A stretch of 64,000 nucleotides of DNA from an uncultured Rhodopirellula sp. (GCA_964007735.1 CAXGAI010000002.1:1-64000); one strand, 5' to 3'; positions 1 to 10,182 are shown, counted from the first letter of the stretch. The notes: generated from the sequence alone by a model not told the origin. Made by a program: numbers and translations.

Positions 1-1213
1 CCTAATCGCAGATCCAACGGTTGGTTATACCAGCGACGAGGCTACAGGCACCCTGACCTTTACTCCGATTGCCGATCAATACGGTACAAGCACCATTACT
101 GTGACGGTCGAAGATGGGGGACTTGATGGAAACCTGGATACAACCGACGACAACCTAACCACCACACAAACGTTCGACATTACCGTGACACCGGTTAACG
201 ATGCACCACGGATAGGATCTCTTCCCAATCTACAGATAAATGAAAACAGCCAGATTCACGGAAACGGAACGAATTTAGTCAACTACACAACCGATCCGGA
301 CTCTGACCCTAGCGATTTCCAATATCGAATTTCCAACGATGCTGAAATCGATTCTCGTTTTAACATCACCATCGGTATGGATGAAGCAAGCGACGAGTTC
401 AAGAAACGGTCGGACACCACAATCCACGTCCATCCTGTGGAAGATTTCTACGGCGTGGCCACTGTGACTATTGAGTCTATCGATAACCTTGGAGCCATTT
501 CTAATGCACAAACCTTTACCGTCGTCGTACAGGAAGTTAACGACGTCCCCACATTAAACCCACTCGACGACGTTACCATTCTGGAAGATGCTGCCCAGCA
601 GACGGTCAATCTATCAGGTATTACTGCCGGTGGCGGTGAACAGCAAACTCTGCGTGTTACGGCCGTAAGCAGCAACCCTGACCTGATCGCAGATCCAACG
701 GTTGGTTATACCAGTGACGACGCTACAGGCACCCTGACCTTTACTCCTGCTGCCGATCAATACGGTACAAGCACCATCACCGTGAAGGTCGAAGACGGAG
801 GACTTGATGGCAACCTGGGTACAACCGGTGATAACGCCACCACGACACAAACAATCGACATTACCGTAACACCAGTTAACGACGTCCCCACATTAAACCC
901 ACTCGACGATCTTACCATTCTGGAAGATGCTGCCCAGCAGACCATCAATCTATCAGGCATCTCTGCCGGTGGCGGTGAACAGCAACCTCTGCGCCTTACA
1001 GCCGTAAGCAGCAACCCTGACCTAATCGCAGATCCAACGGTTGGTTATACCAGCGACGAGGCTTCAGGCACCCTGACCTTTACTCCTGCTGCCGATCAAA
1101 GTGGTACCTCGACAATCACCGTGACGGTCGAAGATGGGGGACTTGATGGCAATCTGGTTACAGATGCGGATAATTTATCGACTACAGAGATGTTTGAGAT
1201 TGCTGTCAGGCAA
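1..1213 (+). repeat. Intragenic tandem repeat, period 339 bp (units ~536-874 and ~875-1213; partial unit 1-196; divergent unit ~197-535)
   Basis: gttaacgacgtccccacattaaacccactcgacga occurs at 536 and 875. cct(a/g)atcgcagatccaacggttggttataccag occurs at 1, 682 and 1021. Confidence 0.93.
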
Positions 1214-2164
1214 CGATTTGAATGGCATAACTATGCATTACCGGAAGACGTCAACAACGACGGTGTTGTATCACCAATCGACGCCTTATTGATCATTCGA
1301 GATTTAAATGGCGGGCTTAACTCGTTCTATTTGCCTGAGACCGAACCTGATGAAGCATACTATAGCGATGTGAGTAAAGATCAATGGTTAAGCCCCATCG
1401 ATGCTATCAAGGTCATTAACTTCCTAAACGAGACTTCTTATTTTGCCTCAATCGAAATAACGCCTATGAGTCTCAGTGGTGAACCTATCCATCAGATCGG
1501 ATTGGGGGAAGCTTTCTATCTTTCATTGAGTGCTAATGATTTACGTGAGAAGCCACATGGCATCACGTCAGCGTACACCGACGTTTTTTACGATCACCAA
1601 TACATCTCGGTCACTAGCGAACCTATTTTTGTATCTCCCTATCTCGAGCTAACATCCTCGAATCAGACTCGGAAAGGTACAATCGCGAATTGGGGAGCCA
1701 AAGCACCACTCAAAGCAAATTTGAGTACCCAACTGATCAGTTATATTCCAGTTCGGGCACTCAAAGAGGGAACTGTCTTGCTCAGTAACACCCATACTGC
1801 GGACGACGTCAATCACCCAATCAGTCTTCTTGGTCTTGAGGACAATTTATCGATCAGCCGAGTTAACTTCATTCCGGCAACACTTACGATTCGAAATGAG
1901 GATTCTGCCGAAGGTGAATGGATGGATGATGCGTTCAGCTATTACACAGACAGCTCTAAGCCCGTCGAAGTTCCCTCAAGCAAGCTACAGAAAAAGATAC
2001 TTGTCGAAGAACCGTTCCAACAAAATCATCTGGATAATTATTACTATCAACTGGCCTTATCCAATCAGCCAAAGCAACTAACTACGGAAAGATCGAGTAC
2101 TCTACCTGAGCTCAACGAAACGTTGTTAGATTTGCTTGCATCGGGCAGGCAGAACGAAGACTAA
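1..2164 (+). CDS. Large surface/secreted protein, 5'-truncated: tandem Ig/cadherin-like (VNDxP) repeats, dockerin-like domain, beta-sandwich, AEGE-containing C-terminus
   Basis: Frame is open from base 2 (LIADPTVGYTSDEATG...), so the start lies upstream of the window. ~113-aa repeats begin VNDVPTL. EDVNNDGVVSPIDALLII and DVSKDQWLSPIDAIKVI form an EF-hand-like dockerin pair. Confidence 0.85.
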   Translation, partial: LIADPTVGYTSDEATGTLTFTPIADQYGTSTITVTVEDGGLDGNLDTTDDNLTTTQTFDITVTPVNDAPRIGSLPNLQINENSQIHGNGTNLVNYTTDPDSDPSDFQYRISNDAEIDSRFNITIGMDEASDEFKKRSDTTIHVHPVEDFYGVATVTIESIDNLGAISNAQTFTVVVQEVNDVPTLNPLDDVTILEDAAQQTVNLSGITAGGGEQQTLRVTAVSSNPDLIADPTVGYTSDDATGTLTFTPAADQYGTSTITVKVEDGGLDGNLGTTGDNATTTQTIDITVTPVNDVPTLNPLDDLTILEDAAQQTINLSGISAGGGEQQPLRLTAVSSNPDLIADPTVGYTSDEASGTLTFTPAADQSGTSTITVTVEDGGLDGNLVTDADNLSTTEMFEIAVRQRFEWHNYALPEDVNNDGVVSPIDALLIIRDLNGGLNSFYLPETEPDEAYYSDVSKDQWLSPIDAIKVINFLNETSYFASIEITPMSLSGEPIHQIGLGEAFYLSLSANDLREKPHGITSAYTDVFYDHQYISVTSEPIFVSPYLELTSSNQTRKGTIANWGAKAPLKANLSTQLISYIPVRALKEGTVLLSNTHTADDVNHPISLLGLEDNLSISRVNFIPATLTIRNEDSAEGEWMDDAFSYYTDSSKPVEVPSSKLQKKILVEEPFQQNHLDNYYYQLALSNQPKQLTTERSSTLPELNETLLDLLASGRQNED

Positions 2165-3093
2165 AAGTTTGCACCGGTACCCTTAGTAAGTGTCATAAAT
2201 GCTTTTTCCAGATCAATCGGCTCTTCCTGGAAGAGGGTAAGACCATAACCGGCTTCGATTAAGACTGCCGGTATATGGCTGTAATCCTCACAACCTTCGA
2301 CCAACGTGACAATCAACTGCTGGTCGACTAGTTCCAGACTATCAACGTCATCATGTTGTTCCAGTTCACGTGCTGCTTTAGCCGAGTCACCAGACACCAT
2401 CACATTTAAGACTACCTGCTTGCGCATCTCACGCATAATATCATTCACGGCCGAGTTTACGGTCATCACCCCACGATCAATAATACCGATCTTATTACAA
2501 ACATCAGCCAACTCCGGCAAAATATGACTCGAGACAATAATCGTCTTACCCGTCTTTCCCAGTCGACGGAGAAGCTCTCGCATTTCAATCCGGGCGCGCG
2601 GATCCAGGCCACTTAATGGCTCATCCAGTAAAAGCACCTGAGGGTCATGCAGTAATACGCGGGCAAGTCCCAACCGCTGTGTTTGGCCTCGTGACAGTGT
2701 ATTCGCATACGCATCACGCTTAAAATCCAGATCAACGATTTCCAACATCTCGTTACAACGCTTGCGACGGGCCTCCCCTTTAATCCGGTATGCTGCCGCA
2801 AAGAACTCTAAGTACTCGATCACTTTCATGTCGTCATAAACGCCAAAAAAGTCCGGCATGTATCCGACCAGTCGACGAATCTCTTTGGGCTTCGTGTAGA
2901 TGGAATTACCACAAACATAAGCCTCGCCGGATGTCGGATTCAGCAACGTAGCGATGATCCGCATTGTCGTCGTCTTACCAGCACCATTGGGGCCGATAAA
3001 ACCGAACAAATCACCCTCATCCAGATCTAGATTGATATCGCGAATGGCGTACATATCACCATACTTCTTCGTTAATCCTCTAGTCTCAATCAC
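2161..3093 (-). CDS. ABC transporter ATP-binding protein (DrrA/ABC-2-like)
   Basis: Walker A GPNGAGKTT, signature LSRGQ, Walker B LLLDEP, H-loop SSH. Confidence 0.93.
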   Translation of the reverse strand: MIETRGLTKKYGDMYAIRDINLDLDEGDLFGFIGPNGAGKTTTMRIIATLLNPTSGEAYVCGNSIYTKPKEIRRLVGYMPDFFGVYDDMKVIEYLEFFAAAYRIKGEARRKRCNEMLEIVDLDFKRDAYANTLSRGQTQRLGLARVLLHDPQVLLLDEPLSGLDPRARIEMRELLRRLGKTGKTIIVSSHILPELADVCNKIGIIDRGVMTVNSAVNDIMREMRKQVVLNVMVSGDSAKAARELEQHDDVDSLELVDQQLIVTLVEGCEDYSHIPAVLIEAGYGLTLFQEEPIDLEKAFMTLTKGTGANF

Positions 3094-3132
3094 GACTCAT
3101 GATCCCTTCAGGTAAATTCCTCTGCCGCCACA

Positions 3133-5343
3133 TTAAGGAGCAGCATTCACCTTAAATACAACTCGGTAAAAATTTTTTCCGGATTCCAAGGCCACATCAC
3201 TATCACCATCGACAACATACTCGCTGTTACCCTGACTGGTACGCGCAACCAACACTGCCCGATTGTAAGACAGCACATGGCTGAGATCGTGAAATTCTTC
3301 ATATCGATTAATCAAACCTGTATATTTGGCTCCGCCAATACTCTGATTAAACATCATTTGTCTCACGATTCGTTGCGTGGATTCTTCCATTGCACTCCAC
3401 CGACGACGTTTACCTTTGCTACTACCGTCCTGATATCGGGAATAATAGTTATCAACCCCCTGCGATTGGTCACTGATATCAAAAATATCTACTGATTCAC
3501 CTGCCCGAAAGGTTCGGCCAATGGGGTAAACCTTACCGTCAAAAACAATCTCCACTTCAAACAAATCGAAATCGAACGGATTCGTAAGGGTTCCCCGCAA
3601 AGCACCGCTAATTGGATCTGCATATAACTCGGGTTGCGTCTCAACTTCCATTTTCCCCGACCAACGAGAACGAATACTCTTTGTTCCGCCGTGCTGTACC
3701 GGAATACTTTGTAATTCCGTGACTGCAGTATCCACCTGATATTCATGATTTATATACGTCTGAAAACTGGCCCTTCCCAACGCGCCGAGTCCCGTCCCGG
3801 GTAAACCGTGCCAACCAGTTGTTACGAACTGTTTCTCAACCGGAGGAATCGAGTTGTTTTGCGTCATTGCCTTCGTTTCCAATTTCACATCAAAAGCATC
3901 AATCTCAGGACTATACAGTGCCAGGTAATCTGTTCCGCGAACAGTACCTGTCACAGCATCGATATCGACAATATGAAGTTGGTTCATCTGCGGCGAGTCG
4001 GCTGGAAGCGTATGACTCATCATCACCACAATGACCGCAATAAGAATCACAGCCGCAGGAAACGTTCCCCATGTCCAATGGAAACGATCGAGTTTGCGTA
4101 ACAGATAGAAGTCGAGTGGGCCAATTATCAAGACAAAGAATGCAAGTAATACTGCGATCCAAACAAACTGAACCGGAGTGACGCTTTCAAACTTTTCCAG
4201 CTGAGAACGCAGCTGCCCTGAAAGATCCTGATACCCGGCATAATTAACTCCGCTACCGGCTAATGAATCGTCTTCCTCTCCGGCATTCCGGCCCACGGCA
4301 ATGAGTTTTTCCAGAACACGGGAGGATGAATTCCAATCATCCAGCGGTGGGACATCGATATCAAATGCGACGTAAACCACCATGCCGAATCCACGGACAC
4401 TCCTGACAATCAGCGGGTGTAAAGCCTGCGCGTTCTCCTGATCACGCAACAGCACTCGGCCATCCGTCACTTCCAATCTGGCAAGCGGATTCTTTTCGGG
4501 ACTCAAAAAAAGACGTTGCTGAGCATTACCATAATTCTCCAAGCCTGATGTATTCCACTGGTCAACTGTTCCGGTAATCTTACCGGGAACCAAATCGGAA
4601 AGCGGTGAATCCTCCGCCGCGACCCGAGCCACCTCTTTACCGGCAAATAAGATCAAACGTCCTCCCTGATAGACCCAGTCCCGCAAAGCCTGAGCCTGCG
4701 TAACCTTCAATTGGTCAAGGATTCCGGAACTGGCTGTTGGCAAAACAATCAAGTCAATAGCTTCATACCCAATCCAATGATGAGGCAGCTTCTCAAATTC
4801 ATCAAACTGAATGAGCGATAACTCAACAAGATCGGCATTCGCTGAAAAAGAGCTTTGCAAACGCGAGCGACTTATCGGCAAACCTTTACCTAACTGCAAA
4901 ACAAAATACGAAGTGGCTTTTCGATTGCCTCCGGCTGCCCGGTCAAATAGTTTCTGGTCGACGTACTTTTCGGTGGACCGGTCCAAAATCCCTGTTTCCA
5001 CTCGCCATGGAAGCCTACCAACTTTGATGTATTGAGCTACAGAAACAGATGCGCCGGCAGCCAAAGTAAACTTCTGACTTTCGTTCGTATAAATAACCGG
5101 GATACCGTCAACATCTTCAGCTTCGACAATGAACTGCCCCTTAAATTCGCTGGCACCATTGTTCATGACCTCAGCCTGAACAGGTATCCAAACCCCCCGC
5201 TTAAACTCCCCACCGAAGCCCAACTCATACTCAACCTGAATCTCTTCGATGGACTGCTGGCCCGAACAAAAGGAAGGGAGAACAAGCCACCAAGCCAGTA
5301 AACCGGCAAGAATCATTCGACATCTAAGTGTGGCTGAAGTCAT
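3133..5343 (-). CDS. Large membrane protein with a class I glutamine-amidotransferase-like fold domain and two central TM helices; function unknown
   Basis: Signal-peptide-like N-terminus. GYEAIDLIVL...ALRDWVYQGGRLILFAG and GFGMVVYVAFD resemble GATase-like segments; hydrophobic pair near aa 415-470 of the track ORF. Track start is 5412; ATG at 5343 looks more plausible. Confidence 0.65.
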   Translation of the reverse strand: MTSATLRCRMILAGLLAWWLVLPSFCSGQQSIEEIQVEYELGFGGEFKRGVWIPVQAEVMNNGASEFKGQFIVEAEDVDGIPVIYTNESQKFTLAAGASVSVAQYIKVGRLPWRVETGILDRSTEKYVDQKLFDRAAGGNRKATSYFVLQLGKGLPISRSRLQSSFSANADLVELSLIQFDEFEKLPHHWIGYEAIDLIVLPTASSGILDQLKVTQAQALRDWVYQGGRLILFAGKEVARVAAEDSPLSDLVPGKITGTVDQWNTSGLENYGNAQQRLFLSPEKNPLARLEVTDGRVLLRDQENAQALHPLIVRSVRGFGMVVYVAFDIDVPPLDDWNSSSRVLEKLIAVGRNAGEEDDSLAGSGVNYAGYQDLSGQLRSQLEKFESVTPVQFVWIAVLLAFFVLIIGPLDFYLLRKLDRFHWTWGTFPAAVILIAVIVVMMSHTLPADSPQMNQLHIVDIDAVTGTVRGTDYLALYSPEIDAFDVKLETKAMTQNNSIPPVEKQFVTTGWHGLPGTGLGALGRASFQTYINHEYQVDTAVTELQSIPVQHGGTKSIRSRWSGKMEVETQPELYADPISGALRGTLTNPFDFDLFEVEIVFDGKVYPIGRTFRAGESVDIFDISDQSQGVDNYYSRYQDGSSKGKRRRWSAMEESTQRIVRQMMFNQSIGGAKYTGLINRYEEFHDLSHVLSYNRAVLVARTSQGNSEYVVDGDSDVALESGKNFYRVVFKVNAAP

Positions 5344-5517
5344 GAGTTGAGAATAGACTATCCGTAAAAAGCAATCGGAAAGGAAATGCACAAAGCCGGG
5401 ATCGATCTGCAAAAAGACCGGCCTGTTTCTTCTTTCATCGGCTATTTAGCTAAAGAAAGTACCGCCTTATTCACGATTCCGAACAAGGTTTTCAGCTTCG
5501 AAACCATGCCTTGGCTG

Positions 5518-5835
5518 CTACGGTTTTTCGGAATTGCTACAGTGACAAACATATTGGAGGCAACCGGGGCACCCATCACCATATTTCCGTCTAATGGCAT
5601 CGTTTAAATCGATACCGGCAACATTAGCAATTGTCGTCAGCCATGCCAACACATCAGCAAATTCTTCCGACTTATCATCTTCGGAACCGCTGCGTAAAGC
5701 AGCCGCCAATTCACCGACCTCTTCCATGAGCCACATAAAGGTGCCGTCAATTCCTCTTTCTACGTCCTTCTCCATATACATGGTTCGGATCAGGGATTGA
5801 AATTCAGAAAAACTTATTTGAGTATCTTTGCTCAC
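5518..5835 (-). CDS. MazG-like nucleotide pyrophosphohydrolase with C-terminal Cys cluster
   Basis: LMEEVGELA...EEFADVL MazG acidic motif; C-terminal CPGC...CHC. Confidence 0.85.
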   Translation of the reverse strand: MSKDTQISFSEFQSLIRTMYMEKDVERGIDGTFMWLMEEVGELAAALRSGSEDDKSEEFADVLAWLTTIANVAGIDLNDAIRRKYGDGCPGCLQYVCHCSNSEKP

Positions 5836-5841
5836 AGTAAA

Positions 5842-6162
5842 TCAATCATCCTTTGCCGGCACCAGAACCTGAATTTCATCCTCTTCAATTCGCAATTCGA
5901 AGACATCGATCTTCAGTTCCGGGTTGTCGGTCCAGCCACCATCATTGATACAAAATCGCCAGGCATGCCAGGGGCAAACCACAGCACCGTCCAGAATATA
6001 GCCGCCCGATAGAGGTGCTCCCATATGAGGACACAAATCATCGGTGGCTCGAAACTGACCGGCATCATTAAAGACGGCGATCAGGCGTCCATTCACGGTA
6101 TACCCTCGCCCTTCCCCCTCCGGAATATCGGCCACGCGGGCTACGGTTTCAAATTCAGACAA
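5842..6162 (-). CDS. Small Rieske [2Fe-2S] ferredoxin (NirD/dioxygenase-ferredoxin-like)
   Basis: CPHMG and CPWH Rieske ligands in a 106-aa protein. Confidence 0.9.
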   Translation of the reverse strand: MSEFETVARVADIPEGEGRGYTVNGRLIAVFNDAGQFRATDDLCPHMGAPLSGGYILDGAVVCPWHAWRFCINDGGWTDNPELKIDVFELRIEEDEIQVLVPAKDD

Positions 6163-6201
6163 GACGAACCTCGTTCCTATTTCTCAAATTACGGAGTCGG
6201 A

Positions 6202-7095
6202 CTACCTGACCGTCGTGATCACATCCGTCATGGTTTGTTGCAACAATGACATCGCACCAATCTGACCTTCGATTTGCATGAGTTGTTTAATTTCAGAGTG
6301 ACTCATGGCACCTGTCTGGTTGTCGAAGTACATCGTTCCTGAACTTGATTGTTTCTTGATATTCAAACGTGGAGCATCCGGCAACTTAGACTCGAGCAAT
6401 TTTATCACCATGGTAACATCCAACTTCTCTAACGCTTTACCGTCAACCTGCACCGTTCCAGCGTAAACATAGGAGACGGTCACGGCCGCTCCCCCTGCCT
6501 GAGCCGCTGATGAAAATTTAGTTTCCCACTTCACACCTTTACTTACAGGTTCTTCCGGCAGAACAACGGAACTCTGCGAAAGCATGCTCTTAAACGACTC
6601 CTTACCAAAAATCTGTTGATAGACCGTCGTCGAGGTGTCCGTCGCTTTCTTGGCCAGATTGGCTGGAGGTTCCACGTCCAATACGACTCCTCGGTTACTG
6701 TAAGTCACTTTGAACTCAGCACCAATTAAAGGCCGCATAACCTGAGACAAAGCATTGACCTGGTCGTCTTCCTTAAGATCATTGCTGTCAAACTTCAATG
6801 CGACACCGACAAAGCCACCGGTTGATTCCATCTGAATTCGTGACAATTTCTGAAGCACCACCGCCGAACCATCCGGGTTGACCTCTTTCACGGTTTGGTA
6901 CAAATCTATTGCCATGTTTAGATTTGTTTTATTCTTGTTTTCGCCAAACTCCGTATCGACAGTTGTCTTGTTGACCAAAGAAATGGTGGACTTTGCTCCC
7001 GGAACAAACTTCATGCGCAATGTCTTTTGTGCATGTACCTCGGCTGTCCATAGCAGCAAACAAAGTATCATTCCGCCTAATACGTTGCATTTCAT
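6202..7095 (-). CDS. Secreted beta-strand-rich protein (DUF6263-like)
   Basis: Signal peptide ending VHA|Q; LPEEPVSKGVKW and GTMYFDNQTG motifs. Confidence 0.6.
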   Translation of the reverse strand: MKCNVLGGMILCLLLWTAEVHAQKTLRMKFVPGAKSTISLVNKTTVDTEFGENKNKTNLNMAIDLYQTVKEVNPDGSAVVLQKLSRIQMESTGGFVGVALKFDSNDLKEDDQVNALSQVMRPLIGAEFKVTYSNRGVVLDVEPPANLAKKATDTSTTVYQQIFGKESFKSMLSQSSVVLPEEPVSKGVKWETKFSSAAQAGGAAVTVSYVYAGTVQVDGKALEKLDVTMVIKLLESKLPDAPRLNIKKQSSSGTMYFDNQTGAMSHSEIKQLMQIEGQIGAMSLLQQTMTDVITTVR

Positions 7096-7163
7096 TAATC
7101 TAGCCTTTCACTAACAAATCAATTTCTGAAGTGGGTTCCAACATCATACAGAATCAGGACTGC

Positions 7164-8096
7164 CTAGCGTACCAACTTCTTTAATTCAATCAAATGCGTT
7201 TCTTCATGCAAGACATCAATCTTTTTCCCACCCTCACTGGTGATCGTCTCCAGCGCCAACTCAATGACGACTTTTTCAACAAAGCGTTCTGCCGTATTGA
7301 TATAAATCTTCCCATCCATTGCTTGTCTTTTTACTTCAACATCAGCCTGATCACTATCATCAAATTGAATTTTAGAAGTAAAAAGAATTTGCGGTCTTGT
7401 CTGCTCCTGCGGACTACCGCCGGAAAACGCGGTTTCATCAACTCCCAAATATTTATAAACCGGCATCTCTTTAGGTTCGGGAGTATTCAGCGGAAGGGTT
7501 GGTTGCCATGTATCACCAGATTTGATCGAATCAGAAGGAAACTGGATGAACACATGCTTGAATGCGCGGGCCACTCCTCCAGAATCAAACAGTTGCGGCA
7601 AATTGCCGTTTCCTAGGCGTGCCGGCTTTTCAGAAGATAGTCTTTCGGGGGCCTTCGAATCCTGACGCAACTCTTTGACACTGCTCAAACGAGCGGTGTT
7701 GTTCACCACCAATTCAAATCGTTTCTGTAATAATCCGCGCAATGTCGCCTGCAAAGTAGCCTCCTCAGGGGTCTCCGCTTTAACATCGGTATCGATCTTC
7801 AATTGTCCATCTTTGGCGATCGGATTTATCTCAACCCGCTGAACCTGCCAGTGAAGACGAGCAATGCCACTCGAGTTAACCTCGGCAACAGTCCATTGAC
7901 CTGAAACAATAATTTTGTTTTGGTAATTTAGCCTGTCACTATCCGAAGAGACCGCAAGAACAACGTTAGAAGTAAGCTTAATGTCATAGACATCACCTAC
8001 AGTCCATTGCCAACGCAATGTATCTGCCTTTAGAGGAGTCCCCTGTAGAGGCATCAGGCTTAGTAGTAGCCATCCCCAACAAAGAAACCTCTTCAC
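7164..8096 (-). CDS. Secreted beta-strand-rich protein, diverged paralog of 6202-7095 (DUF6263-like)
   Basis: Signal peptide ending LKA|D; TLRWQWTVGD, FPSDSIKSGDTW and GKIYIN align with the neighbour. Confidence 0.55.
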   Translation of the reverse strand: MKRFLCWGWLLLSLMPLQGTPLKADTLRWQWTVGDVYDIKLTSNVVLAVSSDSDRLNYQNKIIVSGQWTVAEVNSSGIARLHWQVQRVEINPIAKDGQLKIDTDVKAETPEEATLQATLRGLLQKRFELVVNNTARLSSVKELRQDSKAPERLSSEKPARLGNGNLPQLFDSGGVARAFKHVFIQFPSDSIKSGDTWQPTLPLNTPEPKEMPVYKYLGVDETAFSGGSPQEQTRPQILFTSKIQFDDSDQADVEVKRQAMDGKIYINTAERFVEKVVIELALETITSEGGKKIDVLHEETHLIELKKLVR

Positions 8097-8779
8097 AGCT
8101 CAATGACTCCATTAATATCCAGAACCACCGGCTGAGCCTCGGTGGATGAAGATACTTTGTCAGCCCAGGCATTGGCATCCTGCTCAATGGGGGGCCAGGT
8201 ATTAAAATGAGCTGGCACCACTCTCGCTGGCTTCAGCATTTTAACAGCCTCCACGGAATCATCCGGGCCCATCGTAAAATGATCCCCCATACTCAGGATT
8301 GCCAAATCGATTCCCTGACGGCCATATAATTCCATTTCCATAAAGAGAGCGGTGTCACCTGAAAAATAAACTTTTCCTTCGGCTAACGTCAAAATATAAC
8401 CTGCCGGATTCCCTCCATAACTTCCATCTGGCATTGATGAACTGTGATGAGCAATCGTCATCCGAACATGCCCAAAGGGAAGTTGAATACCACCGCCTAA
8501 ATTCAGTTGGATGGTGTTCTCCACGTTCTGTTGGCTTTGGAACCATGTTGCTGCTTCCACCGGAGCAATCACGGTGGCTCCGGTACGATTGGCGATCGAT
8601 GCCACATCTGCCACATGATCAGCGTGACCATGGGTTACCAGAATAAAATCTGCCTCTAAATCATCGGCAGAAACCGTGGCGACAGGATTGTCATTTACAA
8701 ATGGGTCCACCAGCACTGTTTGATCACCTGTTCTAATTTCAAATGCATAATGCCCTAACCACTTTATCGACGTCGCCAT
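8093..8779 (-). CDS. Metallo-beta-lactamase-fold metal-dependent hydrolase (UPF0173-like)
   Basis: WLGH, VLVDPF, THGHADH (HxHxDH), YFSGDT, PAHFNTWP. Confidence 0.9.
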   Translation of the reverse strand: MATSIKWLGHYAFEIRTGDQTVLVDPFVNDNPVATVSADDLEADFILVTHGHADHVADVASIANRTGATVIAPVEAATWFQSQQNVENTIQLNLGGGIQLPFGHVRMTIAHHSSSMPDGSYGGNPAGYILTLAEGKVYFSGDTALFMEMELYGRQGIDLAILSMGDHFTMGPDDSVEAVKMLKPARVVPAHFNTWPPIEQDANAWADKVSSSTEAQPVVLDINGVIEL

Positions 8780-8784
8780 ATTTT

Positions 8785-10182
8785 TTAGTCCTTTTGTGAA
8801 TCTGCAATTCCCAGCAGTGATTTCATATTTTTCTTATATGCCTCCACCCCGGGCTGACCGTAGGGATTTATTCCTAACAATCGTCCTTCAACCACTGTCG
8901 CCAGCATCATCATCTGGAAATACTGCCCCAGACTAAATGCATCTGTACTTTCAAGCTGAATGTCGATGACTGGGCGTCCGGCTTCCTTGAGAGCCTGATT
9001 TGTTCCTTGATAGGCTGCCGATAGCAATTCCGTGATCGGTTTTCCTGCCAGTTGATTCAATGCATCATGATCGGAACCACGTTCAGGAACCCGAATGCGA
9101 TCGGTCCTTGTCGATCGCGTCGTTACATTGACAATGACTTTATTGCGTCGTCCTTCCTGATGTTGCTGTGCCCGCGAATGCAAGTCACGAGTGTTTACCG
9201 CGGTCACTGGTGTAGCCCCTATTTCGGCTTTCCCCAAACTCTCGGCAAGAAGTTGGTCATACCAAAGCCCGGCAGATTCAAGAGCCTTAGCCCAAACACT
9301 CAAAACTCGAATATCGGCTCCCCTTCTTTTCTCGAGCAAGTGGGCAGCACCCACATATTGCAAAACAGGGTTTTGTTCAGCCGAAGCATTACGAAAAGTA
9401 TCATTCATGGAGGCAGCGCCTTTCAGGAGTTGAACAACATCCACTCCCATACAGGCTGCTGGCAATAAACCCACCGAGGATAAGACACTGAAACGACCGC
9501 CCAAACCTTCCGGTACGCGGAATACATTTTTGCAATTCAAAGTCTGTGCTAACGAATCCAACTTTCCTTTGGGACCGGTGACCGGAACAATGCGACTCGA
9601 TACTTCATCAGGAAACTGCTGCTGCAGGGACTCCAAAAATAATCGAAAGGCAACCGCTGTTTCCAGTGTTCCGCCACTCTTACTAATCACGACAACGGAC
9701 CAGCGACAACCGGCTAATCTTTTGAGCAAAGCCTGCAATGAATCATTATCTAAACTATTTCCTTCAAAATAAATACGTGGACGCCCCGCCCGTTGTTCCT
9801 TAGATAATTCGTTGTAGTACGGCTCACAACACCCATCGAGAATAGCTTTCGCTCCCATATAGGATCCACCAATCCCCAGAATGACGACCGCTTCACTGGA
9901 CTCTTGTAACTGCCTAGCCACCGACAGAATTTGGGCTAGCTCACTTGTCCGTCGATCCTCAGCATACTGACTGAGTAGCAGTTCGGGTAATTCATAGAAC
10001 CTTCCGTCTAACGGCATCTTTTCAACGGGAATCGCCCCCGACTCAAGCAACTTCACATCGGTAAGTACGGTCTCATCACGTATAGATTCTAAACGATTTG
10101 CCAATTCAGCAAATTGCAACGGAGTAATTCCATATTCATCCAGCCAACAACCGGACAAATCGACAGCCAACGACGAACTCAC
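8785..10182 (-). CDS. pgi: Glucose-6-phosphate isomerase
   Basis: GIGGSYMG, SKSGGTLET, GGRFSVLS, QLLAESLGK, DLHS, NPYGQPGVEAYK. Confidence 0.95.
   Translation of the reverse strand: MSSSLAVDLSGCWLDEYGITPLQFAELANRLESIRDETVLTDVKLLESGAIPVEKMPLDGRFYELPELLLSQYAEDRRTSELAQILSVARQLQESSEAVVILGIGGSYMGAKAILDGCCEPYYNELSKEQRAGRPRIYFEGNSLDNDSLQALLKRLAGCRWSVVVISKSGGTLETAVAFRLFLESLQQQFPDEVSSRIVPVTGPKGKLDSLAQTLNCKNVFRVPEGLGGRFSVLSSVGLLPAACMGVDVVQLLKGAASMNDTFRNASAEQNPVLQYVGAAHLLEKRRGADIRVLSVWAKALESAGLWYDQLLAESLGKAEIGATPVTAVNTRDLHSRAQQHQEGRRNKVIVNVTTRSTRTDRIRVPERGSDHDALNQLAGKPITELLSAAYQGTNQALKEAGRPVIDIQLESTDAFSLGQYFQMMMLATVVEGRLLGINPYGQPGVEAYKKNMKSLLGIADSQKD

Noticed and set aside
1..1213. CRISPR array or mobile-element repeats
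   Set aside because: Repeats are 339 bp, in frame and protein-coding, with no spacers, cas, transposase or integrase genes.
5842..6162. nirD / nitrite reductase or ring-hydroxylating dioxygenase system
   Set aside because: No NirB, oxygenase or reductase gene nearby; kept as a generic Rieske ferredoxin.
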